A stretch of 64,000 nucleotides of DNA from an uncultured Syntrophaceae bacterium (GCA_964523565.1 CAZGAK010000007.1:306-64305); one strand, 5' to 3'. Positions 46,872-56,611 are shown, numbered from the stretch's first letter. The notes: generated from the letters alone by a model not told the origin. A program made the numbers and translations.

Positions 46872-49040
46872 TTATATATTCTTCTTCCCGCCTGGATAAA
46901 CCCCCCTCAACCTCTCAATTGACACCACACTTTTTAGCTTTCTGAACGCCGAAACCAGGGTATTGAATTGATTAAGATCATTTACGTCTAATTCGAAATC
47001 GCACGTTGCATTCTCGCCCCGCATTGTATTGATATAGGCAGAACTGATGTTAATTCCCAGGGAGGATATAACAGCACTCAATTCGGACAGAAGTCCTTTC
47101 TTGTCCATACAAAACACTCGAATATTGACGGGAAACGCCTGTTTTTCATCTATATTCCACCGGACATCAACAAGCCTTTCCGGATCCATTTCCTGAATCT
47201 CCGGGCAGTTTGAAACATGAACACTTACCCCCCTTCCCCTGGTTATATATCCTACAATATCGTCACCGGGAAGCGGAGTACAGCATTTCGCAAATCGAAC
47301 CATGACATCGTCAACCCCCGTTATGGATATACCCGCACTGGATGATTTTCTCAGCTTTTTCCTGGGCTTTTCAGGTAGAATCTCTTCTTTTCCTTCTTCC
47401 TCAGGCAGAAACCGATTGACAATATATTTGGCAGATATCTTTCCATATCCGATGAGTGCCATGAGGTCATCAATGGTACTTAATGTTTGTTCATTCAAAA
47501 GTTCTTTAAATTCATCGGATTTTACAATCTGGTTATACTTAAGATGATTTTTTTTTAACTCCCTTTCGAGGATTTCCTTTCCAATGGATATACTCTTTTC
47601 CCTTTCTTCCGTTTTTACCCATTGCTTTATCTTCGATATTGCCCGTGATGTTACGGCATACTTCAACCAGTCTTTACTCGGATGATGGCCAGGTTGAGTC
47701 ATAATCTCTACGGTGTCACCATTCTGAAGCTTATATTTGAGAGGAACAATATTTCTGTTTACCCTGGCACCGATGCATTTATTCCCCACATCCGTATGAA
47801 CGCTGTAAGCAAAATCAATAGGTGTTGCACCCTTGGGGAAGGCTTTAACGTCGCCTTGAGGAGTGAAAATATACACTTCATCGGGAAAGAGAGACATTTT
47901 TAAATTCATCATGAATTCCCGGGCATCTTTATGATCCTGTTGCAATTCAAGCAGTTCCCTTAACTTTTTGATCTGATCTTCATCTTCAGCACCAGACACC
48001 CTGCCTTCCTTGTATCTCCAGTGGGCCGCAATCCCCTTCTCTGCCCACTCGTGCATCTCCCGGGTCCGCATCTGTATCTCTACCCTTTCACCATAAGGAC
48101 CGATGACTGTTGTATGTAAAGAGCGATAGCTATTTGCCTTGGGCATGGCTATGTAATCCTTAAAGCGTCCGGGAACAGGCTTCCACAGAGCATGAATAAC
48201 GCTCAGGGCTTCATAACATCCCTTCACTTCATTTAATTCGAGAATGATCCTGAATGCAGTGAGATCATAAACTTCATCGAAGTTTATGTGCTGTTCCTTC
48301 ATTTTTTGATAAATGCTGTAAAAATGTTTTGCCCTTCCTTCAACCTCCGCTTTAATATCAAAGGACTCCAGATTATTCTCAATGATGCCCATTACCTCTT
48401 TTGTATATTTTTCCCTTTCCTCCTTCTTTTTTGCGACCTTTTCTGTCAGATCAAAATATTCGTCCATGCAAAAATATCTGAAGGAAAGATCTTCCAGTTC
48501 CACTTTCATCCAGTTAATACCCAGACGGCTTGCCAAAGGGGCATATACTTCAAGTGTTTCCCTTGCAATGTATTTCTGTTTTTCCACCGGCTGAAATTCC
48601 AGCGTTCTCATGTTGTGGATTCTATCTGCCAGTCTTATAAGGATTATCCTGATGTCGTCGGACATGGCCAGCATCATTTTCCTGAAGTTTTCCGCCTGTC
48701 GTTCCAGCTGGCTGCCAAATGAAATTTGGCTTATTTTCGTGAGCCCCTCCACAAGAAAAGCAACATCCTTACCGAACCCCTCTTCAATTTCTTTAGTAGT
48801 GACCAGCGTATCTTCAACCGTATCATGGAGCAAACCAGTTAAAATGGTAGCCGTATCGAGTTTCATGTCAGTCAGTATTCCTGCGACCTCAAGGGGATGA
48901 ACCAGGTAAGGCTCTCCCGACAGACGACTCTGTCCCTGATGCACTCTAGCGGAAAAGATATACGCCTTTTCAATCATCTCCAGGTCATCCTGAGGAAGAT
49001 ACCCATGCGCCTTATCCAGTATGTCGGTAATCCTTATCAT
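46872..49040 (-). CDS. spoT: Bifunctional (p)ppGpp synthetase/hydrolase
   Basis: HD hydrolase (HPLEVA...LHDTVEDT), RelA/SpoT synthetase domain, and TGS and ACT C-terminal domains. Confidence 0.95.
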   Translation of the reverse strand: MIRITDILDKAHGYLPQDDLEMIEKAYIFSARVHQGQSRLSGEPYLVHPLEVAGILTDMKLDTATILTGLLHDTVEDTLVTTKEIEEGFGKDVAFLVEGLTKISQISFGSQLERQAENFRKMMLAMSDDIRIILIRLADRIHNMRTLEFQPVEKQKYIARETLEVYAPLASRLGINWMKVELEDLSFRYFCMDEYFDLTEKVAKKKEEREKYTKEVMGIIENNLESFDIKAEVEGRAKHFYSIYQKMKEQHINFDEVYDLTAFRIILELNEVKGCYEALSVIHALWKPVPGRFKDYIAMPKANSYRSLHTTVIGPYGERVEIQMRTREMHEWAEKGIAAHWRYKEGRVSGAEDEDQIKKLRELLELQQDHKDAREFMMNLKMSLFPDEVYIFTPQGDVKAFPKGATPIDFAYSVHTDVGNKCIGARVNRNIVPLKYKLQNGDTVEIMTQPGHHPSKDWLKYAVTSRAISKIKQWVKTEEREKSISIGKEILERELKKNHLKYNQIVKSDEFKELLNEQTLSTIDDLMALIGYGKISAKYIVNRFLPEEEGKEEILPEKPRKKLRKSSSAGISITGVDDVMVRFAKCCTPLPGDDIVGYITRGRGVSVHVSNCPEIQEMDPERLVDVRWNIDEKQAFPVNIRVFCMDKKGLLSELSAVISSLGINISSAYINTMRGENATCDFELDVNDLNQFNTLVSAFRKLKSVVSIERLRGVYPGGKKNI

Positions 49041-49041
49041 A

Positions 49042-49069
49042 ACTGGTTACTCGTTACTCGTTGCTGGTT
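49042..49069. repeat. Heptamer tandem array, ACTCGTT family, abutting the spoT start codon
   Basis: ACTGGTT ACTCGTT ACTCGTT GCTGGTT, beginning 1 nt from the spoT ATG (49040). Confidence 0.8.
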
Positions 49070-49144
49070 GTCGAAGATCCACCGGAGGCAGACTCGCTGG
49101 TTACACGGACAAATAAATTTGTCCATGCCACCCATCTCCTTTGG

Positions 49145-49194
49145 CCTTTATACCTTTTAGCTTTTTCCTTGTACCTTGTACCTTTAGCCTGTTT
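49145..49194. repeat. Heptamer tract, CCTTGTA family
   Basis: CCTTTAT ACCTTTT AGCTTTTT CCTTGTA CCTTGTA CCTTTAG CCTGTTT, directly downstream of the proS stop. Confidence 0.75.
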
Positions 49195-50909
49195 TAACCT
49201 AATCCCTCATTTACCATATTTACGACGAAGTCTTCTGCTTCATCAAGAGGAATTTCATGCACTTCACCTGATTTTCTGAACCTTACTTCCAGTTTACCTT
49301 CGGCAAGTTTTTTTGGACCCATGGTAATCCTGAGAGGAATTCCGATAAGATCTGCATCCTTAAATTTCACTCCTGCTCTTTCATCTCTATCATCAAGGAG
49401 GACATCAATACCCCTCTTCTCAAGGTTATCATACAATTTTTCCGCCATCGACAGAAGGTTTTGATCCTTTACATTCACAGGGGTTATCAACACATGATAC
49501 GGAGCTATCGAAAAAGGCCATATAATCCCGTCTTCATCATGGTTCTGTTCTATACATGCGGCCGCCGTTCTTCCCACACCTATCCCATAACACCCCATGA
49601 CCATATATTTTTCTTTACCGTCTTTATCGAGGAAGGTTGCCTTCATGGCTTTACTATATTTCAACCCGAGTTTAAATACGTGACCTACCTCAATTCCCCT
49701 GGCAAATTTTACAGGACTTTTACAGCGGGGACATCTATCTGTCTCTTTGAGAAGTCTCAGATCCGCAAAATCTTTTACCTTAAAATCTCTTCCAATATTG
49801 CAATTCTTTATGTGGTAATCCTCTTTATTGGCACCCATAACGAAATTCCGCATATTTATCAGGGAATAATCGGCAATAATCTCAGACTTTATCCCGATTC
49901 CTCCTGCAAATCCTTTAGGGGCTCCCGTAACTTCATAAACAATATCGTCCGTTGCCAGTTCCAGAGAATCGCATCCCAGGTGGTTTTTCAGCTTTATCTC
50001 ATTGATTTCCTCATCGCCCCTGATCAGAACGGCAATGGGAGAACCATCTGCCGTAAATATGAGGGTCTTTACGATGTCTTGAGGCGTAACATCCAGAAAC
50101 TCGGACACCTCTTCAATGGTTCTTACATCGGGAGTATGGATTTCTTCAATGGGGAGGAAGGTTGATTCATCAATAGCATCTTCTTCCGGCTTTGCAACTT
50201 CAGCTTTTTCAAGATTGGCGGCATAATCACAGGAGGTACAATAAACCATTCCATCCTCTCCTGAATCGGCTGTAACCAGAAATTCATGGGAATAACTTCC
50301 TCCAATACTTCCAGTATCCGCCTCCACAGGCCTGAAACCAAGGCCGCAGCGGTTGAATATCTTCGAATAAGCCTCGAACATTTTTTTGTAGCTTAATTCC
50401 GCGCCTTCTTCATCGACATCAAAGCTGTAGGCATCCTTCATGCTGAATTCCCTGCACCGCATGATGCCGAAACGAGGCCTTATTTCATCTCGAAATTTTG
50501 TCTGAATCTGATAGAGATTTTTGGGGAGCTGCCGATAGGTCTGAATATCATTACGTACAAGGTCTGTTATGACCTCTTCGTGTGTTGGTCCTATGCAGTA
50601 TTCCCGATTATTACGATCCTTTAATCTCAGGAGTTCTTTACCATACAGTTTCCATCGTCCCGATTCTATCCAGAGTTCGGCAGGTTGCACCGCAGGAAGA
50701 AATACCTCCTGGGCACCGGCCCTGTCCATCTCTTCCCGGATTATTTGCTCCACCTTCTTAATTACTCTGTAACCCAGGGGAAGATATGAATAAATCCCGC
50801 TGGTCAACTTTCTTATCATCCCGGCTCTTAACATAAGACGATGGCTGGTAACCTCTGCATCGGAAGGGGTTTCTCTGCTCGTCGGCAAGAACATCTCTGA
50901 ATAACGCAT
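49194..50909 (-). CDS. proS: Prolyl-tRNA synthetase (bacterial type with INS editing domain)
   Basis: Class II motifs and an insertion domain, 571 aa. Confidence 0.95.
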   Translation of the reverse strand: MRYSEMFLPTSRETPSDAEVTSHRLMLRAGMIRKLTSGIYSYLPLGYRVIKKVEQIIREEMDRAGAQEVFLPAVQPAELWIESGRWKLYGKELLRLKDRNNREYCIGPTHEEVITDLVRNDIQTYRQLPKNLYQIQTKFRDEIRPRFGIMRCREFSMKDAYSFDVDEEGAELSYKKMFEAYSKIFNRCGLGFRPVEADTGSIGGSYSHEFLVTADSGEDGMVYCTSCDYAANLEKAEVAKPEEDAIDESTFLPIEEIHTPDVRTIEEVSEFLDVTPQDIVKTLIFTADGSPIAVLIRGDEEINEIKLKNHLGCDSLELATDDIVYEVTGAPKGFAGGIGIKSEIIADYSLINMRNFVMGANKEDYHIKNCNIGRDFKVKDFADLRLLKETDRCPRCKSPVKFARGIEVGHVFKLGLKYSKAMKATFLDKDGKEKYMVMGCYGIGVGRTAAACIEQNHDEDGIIWPFSIAPYHVLITPVNVKDQNLLSMAEKLYDNLEKRGIDVLLDDRDERAGVKFKDADLIGIPLRITMGPKKLAEGKLEVRFRKSGEVHEIPLDEAEDFVVNMVNEGLG

Positions 50910-50941
50910 TGTTCCTCCTTATAATATTGTGTAATATTTCA

Positions 50942-51025
50942 CCGCAAAGACGCAAAGAACGCAAGGGGTTAAAGACCATTAACAACTTTTTATGTTTTTC
51001 TTTGCGTCCTTTGCGTCTTGGCCGC
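50942..51025. repeat. Inverted pair of CGCAAAGA tandem repeats
   Basis: CCGCAAAGACGCAAAGAACGCAAGG, a 33-nt spacer, then CTTTGCGTCCTTTGCGTCTTGGC, between the proS start and the ispG stop. Confidence 0.6.
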
Positions 51026-51087
51026 ATTAAATAGCAGGGTCTTCATGCAGGGCTAAAGCCCTGCCCTACGAATGCGGTTTATTTGGT

Positions 51088-52158
51088 CTATTTCGATATC
51101 ATACTGTTTATTTCATCCACCAGGACATCTACGAATTCTTCTTCTTTTATTTTTCTTACGATCTCACCCTTTTTAAAGAGTAAACCTGTGTGGCGACCTC
51201 CGGCAATGCCGATGTCAGCCTCCGCAGCCTCTCCGGGTCCGTTAACAACACACCCCATGAGGGCTATTTTGAGATATTCCTTCATACCGGACAATCTTCT
51301 TTCAACCTCCTCAGAGAGTTTGAAAAGGTCTATCTCACAGCGTCCGCAGGTGGGACAGGATATAATATCCGGACCTACCTTCCTGACATTCAACGCTCTC
51401 AGTATACCGAAAGCAACACCTACTTCACTGACGGGATCACCGGTTATGGAAACCCTGATCGTGTCTCCGATGCCATTATAAAGAAGGGTCCCGATACCAA
51501 TGGAAGATTTAATAGCTGAATTAACAAGGCTTCCTGCCTCGGTAACACCGATGTGAAGGGGATAATCGGTCCTTTCTGAAATCGCGCGGTGCGCCTCAAT
51601 CATTGTGGTAACGTTTGATGACTTCAAGGACAATTTGATTGAACAAAAACCCAGATCCTCAAATAATTCTATATTTCTTAAGGCACTTTCCACGAGTGCT
51701 GCAGACGTCGGACCACCGTATCTGGATAAAAGATCCTTTTCCAGAGACCCTGCATTAATCCCTATTCTAATTGCTACGTCTTTTTCTTTCGCGAATGAGA
51801 TGACTTCTTTTGTTTTTTCTTTACTTATATTGCCCGGATTTATTCTGATCCCGTCAACACCATTCCGAATGGCGTCAATGGCAAGAATGTGATTAAAATG
51901 TATATCTGCAATCAGCGGTATCCCGATACTTTTCTTAATATCCACAAGGGCCGCTGCAGCATCCCTGTCGGGAACTGCGACCCTTATAATTTCGCAGCCT
52001 GCATCCTCGAGTCTTTTAATTTGTTCAACCGTTGACTTTACATCCCTTGTATCTGTACAGGTCATGGACTGAACAACTACCGGGGCATCCCCCCCTATTT
52101 TGACAGAACCTACATATATGGGCCTGGTCTTTTTCCTTCTGATTGTTTCAGATTCCAA
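51088..52158 (-). CDS. ispG: 4-hydroxy-3-methylbut-2-en-1-yl diphosphate synthase
   Basis: GcpE family with C-terminal CPTCGRC...GCVVNGPGE cluster ligands. TTG start. Confidence 0.95.
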   Translation of the reverse strand: MESETIRRKKTRPIYVGSVKIGGDAPVVVQSMTCTDTRDVKSTVEQIKRLEDAGCEIIRVAVPDRDAAAALVDIKKSIGIPLIADIHFNHILAIDAIRNGVDGIRINPGNISKEKTKEVISFAKEKDVAIRIGINAGSLEKDLLSRYGGPTSAALVESALRNIELFEDLGFCSIKLSLKSSNVTTMIEAHRAISERTDYPLHIGVTEAGSLVNSAIKSSIGIGTLLYNGIGDTIRVSITGDPVSEVGVAFGILRALNVRKVGPDIISCPTCGRCEIDLFKLSEEVERRLSGMKEYLKIALMGCVVNGPGEAAEADIGIAGGRHTGLLFKKGEIVRKIKEEEFVDVLVDEINSMISK

Positions 52159-52252
52159 TGGTAACCTGCTTTCCTCTTATTTACTTCAACGTTTTCTAAT
52201 ATAGCACGAAGAACAAATGGCAATCAATATCTAATGCGTCAAAGCCGTAAAG

Positions 52253-52280
52253 TTAACAGGGATAAGGAATCAGGAGTCAG
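52253..52280. repeat. Heptamer array (RRATCAG family) flanking MITE copy C
   Basis: TTAACAG GGATAAG GAATCAG GAGTCAG. Confidence 0.7.
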
Positions 52281-52294
52281 TAAAAGATGACAAG

Positions 52295-52423
52295 TTCGTA
52301 AAAAGTCAGAGTTTTTGCCGTTTTGTCATTCCCGACCTGATCGGGAATCTATAACTATTTGTAATTACTGGATTCCCGCTTTCGCGGGAATGACAGATTA
52401 GCGAGTTTTTGACTTTTTACGAA
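52295..52423. repeat. MITE-like element, copy C (best-preserved; 14-bp perfect terminal inverted repeats)
   Basis: The terminal repeats are TTCGTAAAAAGTCA...TGACTTTTTACGAA. Inside are the cores GTCATTCCCGACCTGATCGGGAATC and GGATTCCCGCTTTCGCGGGAATGAC in inverted orientation. Confidence 0.7.
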
Positions 52424-52493
52424 GCCATCAAAGATTAATATTTCAATTAATACGAACAAACGAGTTTGCCCATGTCACCTGGCACCCGGCCTA

Positions 52494-53858
52494 TTATGAA
52501 CTTCTCAGATGCTCAAGTATCTCGAATTGGGCATGAAGGGGCGGGATTCCGCCCGGTTCAATCACTGCAGGAAATCTCTTGTCCATCATATTCATCAGTG
52601 CTCGTACGGCGCTGAACATCTCTACCGGCGGCATTCCATTTCTCGTCAGGTAGTTGACAAGTTTCAATGTCTTAAATCCGTCAAACCAGAAAAGGAAGTG
52701 TTTCAAAAGTACGGAGGTGCTGCTGCTGTTTTTTTTCAATCGGCCCCATATATAATCAAAGTGCTGTTCCCTGAGATATCTCTCGAGTAATGGATGTATC
52801 TTCTCTGCCCTGGCTAATATTACTCTTTCATCTGTATCCGAGCCGGAAGACATATATTCCAACCACTTTTTCAATACAACAAAGACCTCCGGATCATATA
52901 ATTCATATTCGGATTTGGAATGACTTCCCTCCAGAAATCTGACAATACGCTTTCCCGTACCGAAGGGAACACGCCTTGATTTCCTTGATGAAGGATAAAC
53001 CCGCGTTGTATCGATATTTCCGACACCATTAATCTTGGCAAGTTTATTCAGGAAATAGAAATCTTCCCCCGCTTTTCTCCTGTTCATTCCCCTTACGGAT
53101 GCGTAGGCATCTGCAGTACATACCATTGTCGAACCGATAGAGTGAAAGGCATAATGAGAACCCGCGAAGAACAAACCGAGAACATAGTAACGAAGAAATA
53201 TCTCATAACAGCAAATGGCAGCCTGCTCATCAGTGCTTTCAGCATCCCGGTGTACAAATTCTACAACAGCAGTTTGAGTCTTTTTGCTCTGAAAAAAGGA
53301 TCGTACGGCTCTCAGATAATTGCTTTCAACCAGCGTATCGGCATCTAATGAAAACAGAAGTTTTACCACACTGTTCTCATAATCAAGTACCCGTAAAGAT
53401 AAATCGAGACCTATTTTCCTGGCAAGCCCTACCCCTCCGCTCCCGTCAGGCATCTCACATCCAGGCGAGGATGCATCAACGTATGCAACCCTGAGATTGT
53501 TCCGGAGAATTTTATTGAGCGAGCAATAAAGAGAATCATCGGATAAACCGGCATCCGGCATTTTGCCATCAACGAGATCTTTCAAAATTCTTAATGTAAT
53601 TTGATTGTCATCAATCTCTTCGGGAAGGGTATGATCAATACTTTTATTATTAATGACACAGAGAACCAGCGTGCTTTTAAAATCCGATTGCGGATTTTCT
53701 GAGAGACTTGATAGAGTTTTAAAAAGCCTTTCTTTCTCGGCAAGTGCGGGGATAACCACCACGCTGTCTATACCGGCAAGTTCTCCCGCGTTAAGAGGCC
53801 ATCTATCTCCGACGGAGTATTTATCGATATATTTTACAATCTTTTCAGGAATCACCAT
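52494..53858 (-). CDS. GT-A-fold glycosyltransferase-like protein, unassigned
   Basis: VVVIPALAE N-terminal strand, DxD-like LFSLDADT, and GEDFYFLNKLAK. The 5' end overlaps the miaA 3' end by 14 nt. Confidence 0.55.
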   Translation of the reverse strand: MVIPEKIVKYIDKYSVGDRWPLNAGELAGIDSVVVIPALAEKERLFKTLSSLSENPQSDFKSTLVLCVINNKSIDHTLPEEIDDNQITLRILKDLVDGKMPDAGLSDDSLYCSLNKILRNNLRVAYVDASSPGCEMPDGSGGVGLARKIGLDLSLRVLDYENSVVKLLFSLDADTLVESNYLRAVRSFFQSKKTQTAVVEFVHRDAESTDEQAAICCYEIFLRYYVLGLFFAGSHYAFHSIGSTMVCTADAYASVRGMNRRKAGEDFYFLNKLAKINGVGNIDTTRVYPSSRKSRRVPFGTGKRIVRFLEGSHSKSEYELYDPEVFVVLKKWLEYMSSGSDTDERVILARAEKIHPLLERYLREQHFDYIWGRLKKNSSSTSVLLKHFLFWFDGFKTLKLVNYLTRNGMPPVEMFSAVRALMNMMDKRFPAVIEPGGIPPLHAQFEILEHLRSS

Positions 53859-54771
53859 TTATATTTCCAACCAGAGCTTTAAGTTTATCAAAATCAGCAT
53901 TGTCAATCCAGTGTATGACCGTTCCCTGTCTCTCCATCCGCCTGAACCATGTCTCCTGCCTCTTGGCAAACTGATGAATGCGCGTATTCAGTGTTTTGAA
54001 CATTTCTTCGTGACTCGTTTTACCCTGAAGATACAGGCTTATGTATCGATACTCGAGTCCGAAAAAGGACAACTTTTCCCAGCTTGTGCCTGACTCATGG
54101 AGTTTCCTCACTTCATCAATCATCCCCATTTCAAGCCTTTTTTCCAGACGGTCTGTAATTCTGCGACGAAGAATCTCCCGTGTCCAGCGGACACCAATGA
54201 TAAATGGCCTTATTTCAGGTTTGTCTGCTTCATCGGGAAATTGATGTTTTTCGGTGTGATCTGCTATCTCAATAGCACGGAGAAGACGTTTCCTGTCCAA
54301 GAGATCCGTTGTATTATGAATGGCAGGATTCAGGGCAAGCAGGCGACTTTTCAGGGTCTCCATGTCCTGATTATCCAGTTCCCGTCGTAACCCGGGATTT
54401 TCAGGAACTTCAAACATCTCGTAACCCTTTATGACTGCATCTATGTAAAGCCCGGTTCCCCCTACCATAATCGGAACAATTCCTCTTTTTAAAAGTTCAG
54501 AAAAGCAATCAAAAAAACTTCTTTGATACTCAAAAACGTTGAATTCATGGTCGGGTTCAACTATATCTATCAGGTGATAAGGTACCCGGACACCATCAAC
54601 GACAAATTCGGTCAGATCTTTCCCTGTTCCCAGATCCATACCCCTGTATATCTGGCGCGAATCCGCGGAGATAACTTCCGAATTTAATTCTTTGGCAAGT
54701 CTTGCAGCCAACCCGGTTTTTCCTGTTGCTGTAGGCCCCAGTATAACAATCAGATTACAGTTTTTCGTCAT
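53845..54771 (-). CDS. miaA: tRNA dimethylallyltransferase
   Basis: P-loop GPTATGKT and DSRQIYRGMDLGTGK. Confidence 0.95.
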   Translation of the reverse strand: MTKNCNLIVILGPTATGKTGLAARLAKELNSEVISADSRQIYRGMDLGTGKDLTEFVVDGVRVPYHLIDIVEPDHEFNVFEYQRSFFDCFSELLKRGIVPIMVGGTGLYIDAVIKGYEMFEVPENPGLRRELDNQDMETLKSRLLALNPAIHNTTDLLDRKRLLRAIEIADHTEKHQFPDEADKPEIRPFIIGVRWTREILRRRITDRLEKRLEMGMIDEVRKLHESGTSWEKLSFFGLEYRYISLYLQGKTSHEEMFKTLNTRIHQFAKRQETWFRRMERQGTVIHWIDNADFDKLKALVGNINGDS

Positions 54772-54870
54772 GAGCTAACAAACCCTTTATGTTTTTTTTG
54801 ATCAGATGAATGACCTTACCATGATTATATTCCTCCTTCAAGCAGGAGGCTGTCCGATTCCTGACTCATC

Positions 54871-55009
54871 GTCAGAGACCTTTGCAAAACGCCTCCTCTC
54901 TGTCATTCCCGCGAAAGCGGGAATCCATAACAAGTTAAAAATACTGGATTCCCGTTTACACGGGAATGACCATTTAGACTATCTTTGGCAAAATTCAAAG
55001 GTCTCCGTC
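54871..55009. repeat. MITE-like element, copy D
   Basis: GTCAGAGACCTTTGCAAAA...GTCATTCCCGCGAAAGCGGGAATCC, a 19-nt spacer, then GGATTCCCGTTTACACGGGAATGAC...CAAAGGTCTCCGTC. Confidence 0.7.
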
Positions 55010-55099
55010 AAAAGTCTTCGTTTGAATTATTAAACAGAAAGATATATTGAACAAAGAAATGACAAATTAATGTTTTGAACATTTGAAATTCGGATTTAG

Positions 55100-55190
55100 G
55101 ATTTGTTTCGAATTTCGATATTCGACTTCGACGTGAGCCTGCGACGAGCTCAGTCGAATCGCTCAGTCGAACGATATTCGAATTTTTGTA
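55100..55190. repeat. TCGA-rich degenerate 7-nt and 13-nt repeats upstream of the MATE gene
   Basis: CGAATTT CGATATT CGACTTC GACGTGA. GCTCAGTCGAA occurs twice (period 13) and CGATATTCGA occurs twice. Confidence 0.65.
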
Positions 55191-55211
55191 GAGCAATCAG
55201 GATAGATTCAG

Positions 55212-56576
55212 ATGAAATTTATTACAGGTCAAAAAAGGCTCGACCTTGGAAATGATCCTATTGTTCCCCTCCTCTTAAAAATGAGCCTGCCATCTATGGC
55301 AGCCATGCTCTTTACATCCATGTATAATATAATAGACACCTTCTGGATCGCCAGGATCAGCACTGATGCCATTGCGGCATTGACTATCTGCTTTCCTATT
55401 CAGATGATATTTGGTGCCATTGGTTTCGGAACCGGTGTTGGTGCCGGTTCCTTTGCGTCACGGATGTTCGGAAAAGGAGATGATATAAAAGCGCATCGCG
55501 CTGCCGGGCAAATAATCTTTTTTTCCATATTTTTCGGATTATCTGTCATCCTTCTGGGAACCATATTTTATGATCCCATTTTGTCTTTCTTTGGTGCAAC
55601 AACGGCAATCCTTCCCCTTTCAAAAAAATACCTTACCGTGATCATATTCGGCACTCCTTTCTTATTCTTCATGATGATGTCTGACAATCTTTTCCGCGCC
55701 GAAGGGAATCCAACTGCTCCCATGTTTGTAATTATAACTTCATCAATTTTGAATGCAGTTCTGGATCCCTTTCTAATATTCGGCTGGGGGCCATTCCCGG
55801 AGTTGGGCATAAAGGGTGCGGCACTTGCCACGGTTATCTCCCAATTTGTAACCATCTTTATGTCTTCATACTTTCTTTTCTTCAGTCATTCCAAATATAA
55901 ACTGAAATGGAGATATCTCCTGCCTGAATGGTCTATCATAAAAGCGATTTACCGGGTGGGTCTTCCCTCTTTCGTTGTTCATATTGCAATGAGCCTCGTA
56001 CTGATCATATACAATCAAAAACTCGGGACTTTCAGCACACTGGCTGTGGCAACACTGGGGCTCGGATTCCGTATCAACGGAATTCTGATGATGCTGATCT
56101 TTGGGATTGGTCACGGTGTGATGCCCATAGTTGGATTCAATCTCGGCGCTCGCAATTATAAAAGATTGAAGGAAATTGTTCGCGTCGCGGTAAAGGTTTC
56201 CGCGTGTATCGCGGGAGGAAGTTGCCTGTTGATGGAAATATTCGCCGGCTCAATCCTTGCGACATTCACGAAAGACCCGGACCTTTTAGCCATAGCGGTG
56301 CCGGCACTGAGAATATACGTTTCTACACAGATACTGGTGGGGCCTGTCATAGTATGGATCTACATGTTCAATGGTCTCGGGAAAGGGTTGACATCCATGA
56401 TTTTACTTCTTACCCGGCAATTTATTTTCATAATTCCTTTCATTCATATTCTTCCCCGATTTTTTGATTTAAATGGTGTATGGATGGCCCAGCCGATAGC
56501 GAACGTGCTGTCATTCTTTATCGTCCTGTTCTGGGCAAAAAGAGAGCTTGGGCTCTTTGAACAAGACAATGAATGA
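55212..56576 (+). CDS. MATE-family efflux transporter
   Basis: 12 predicted TM helices and a NorM/DinF-like N-terminus (PIVPLLLKMSLPSMAAML). Confidence 0.9.
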   Translation: MKFITGQKRLDLGNDPIVPLLLKMSLPSMAAMLFTSMYNIIDTFWIARISTDAIAALTICFPIQMIFGAIGFGTGVGAGSFASRMFGKGDDIKAHRAAGQIIFFSIFFGLSVILLGTIFYDPILSFFGATTAILPLSKKYLTVIIFGTPFLFFMMMSDNLFRAEGNPTAPMFVIITSSILNAVLDPFLIFGWGPFPELGIKGAALATVISQFVTIFMSSYFLFFSHSKYKLKWRYLLPEWSIIKAIYRVGLPSFVVHIAMSLVLIIYNQKLGTFSTLAVATLGLGFRINGILMMLIFGIGHGVMPIVGFNLGARNYKRLKEIVRVAVKVSACIAGGSCLLMEIFAGSILATFTKDPDLLAIAVPALRIYVSTQILVGPVIVWIYMFNGLGKGLTSMILLLTRQFIFIIPFIHILPRFFDLNGVWMAQPIANVLSFFIVLFWAKRELGLFEQDNE

Positions 56577-56587
56577 TGGACAGGCCC

Positions 56588-56608
56588 TTAACTTGAAACT
56601 TGAAACTG
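56588..56608. repeat. Heptamer tandem array, GAAACTT family
   Basis: TTAACTT GAAACTT GAAACTG, between the convergent MATE and DUF1015 genes. Confidence 0.75.
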
Positions 56609-56611
56609 TTG

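Noticed and set aside
49461-50165. Long antisense ORFs inside well-supported genes: 234 aa opposite proS, plus 14376-14846, 21433-21849, 37632-37997, 48288-48722, 53653-54093 and 61577-62041.
   Set aside because: These are shadow ORFs on the complementary strand of conserved genes. They have low-complexity or odd composition, no RBS and no recognisable domains.
52325-52394. Self-cleaving ribozyme (hammerhead-like) inside the MITE cores, because of GAAA loops and CTGAT words.
   Set aside because: The conserved CUGANGA...GAAA core with a three-way junction cannot be assembled. The GAAA is simply a tetraloop cap.
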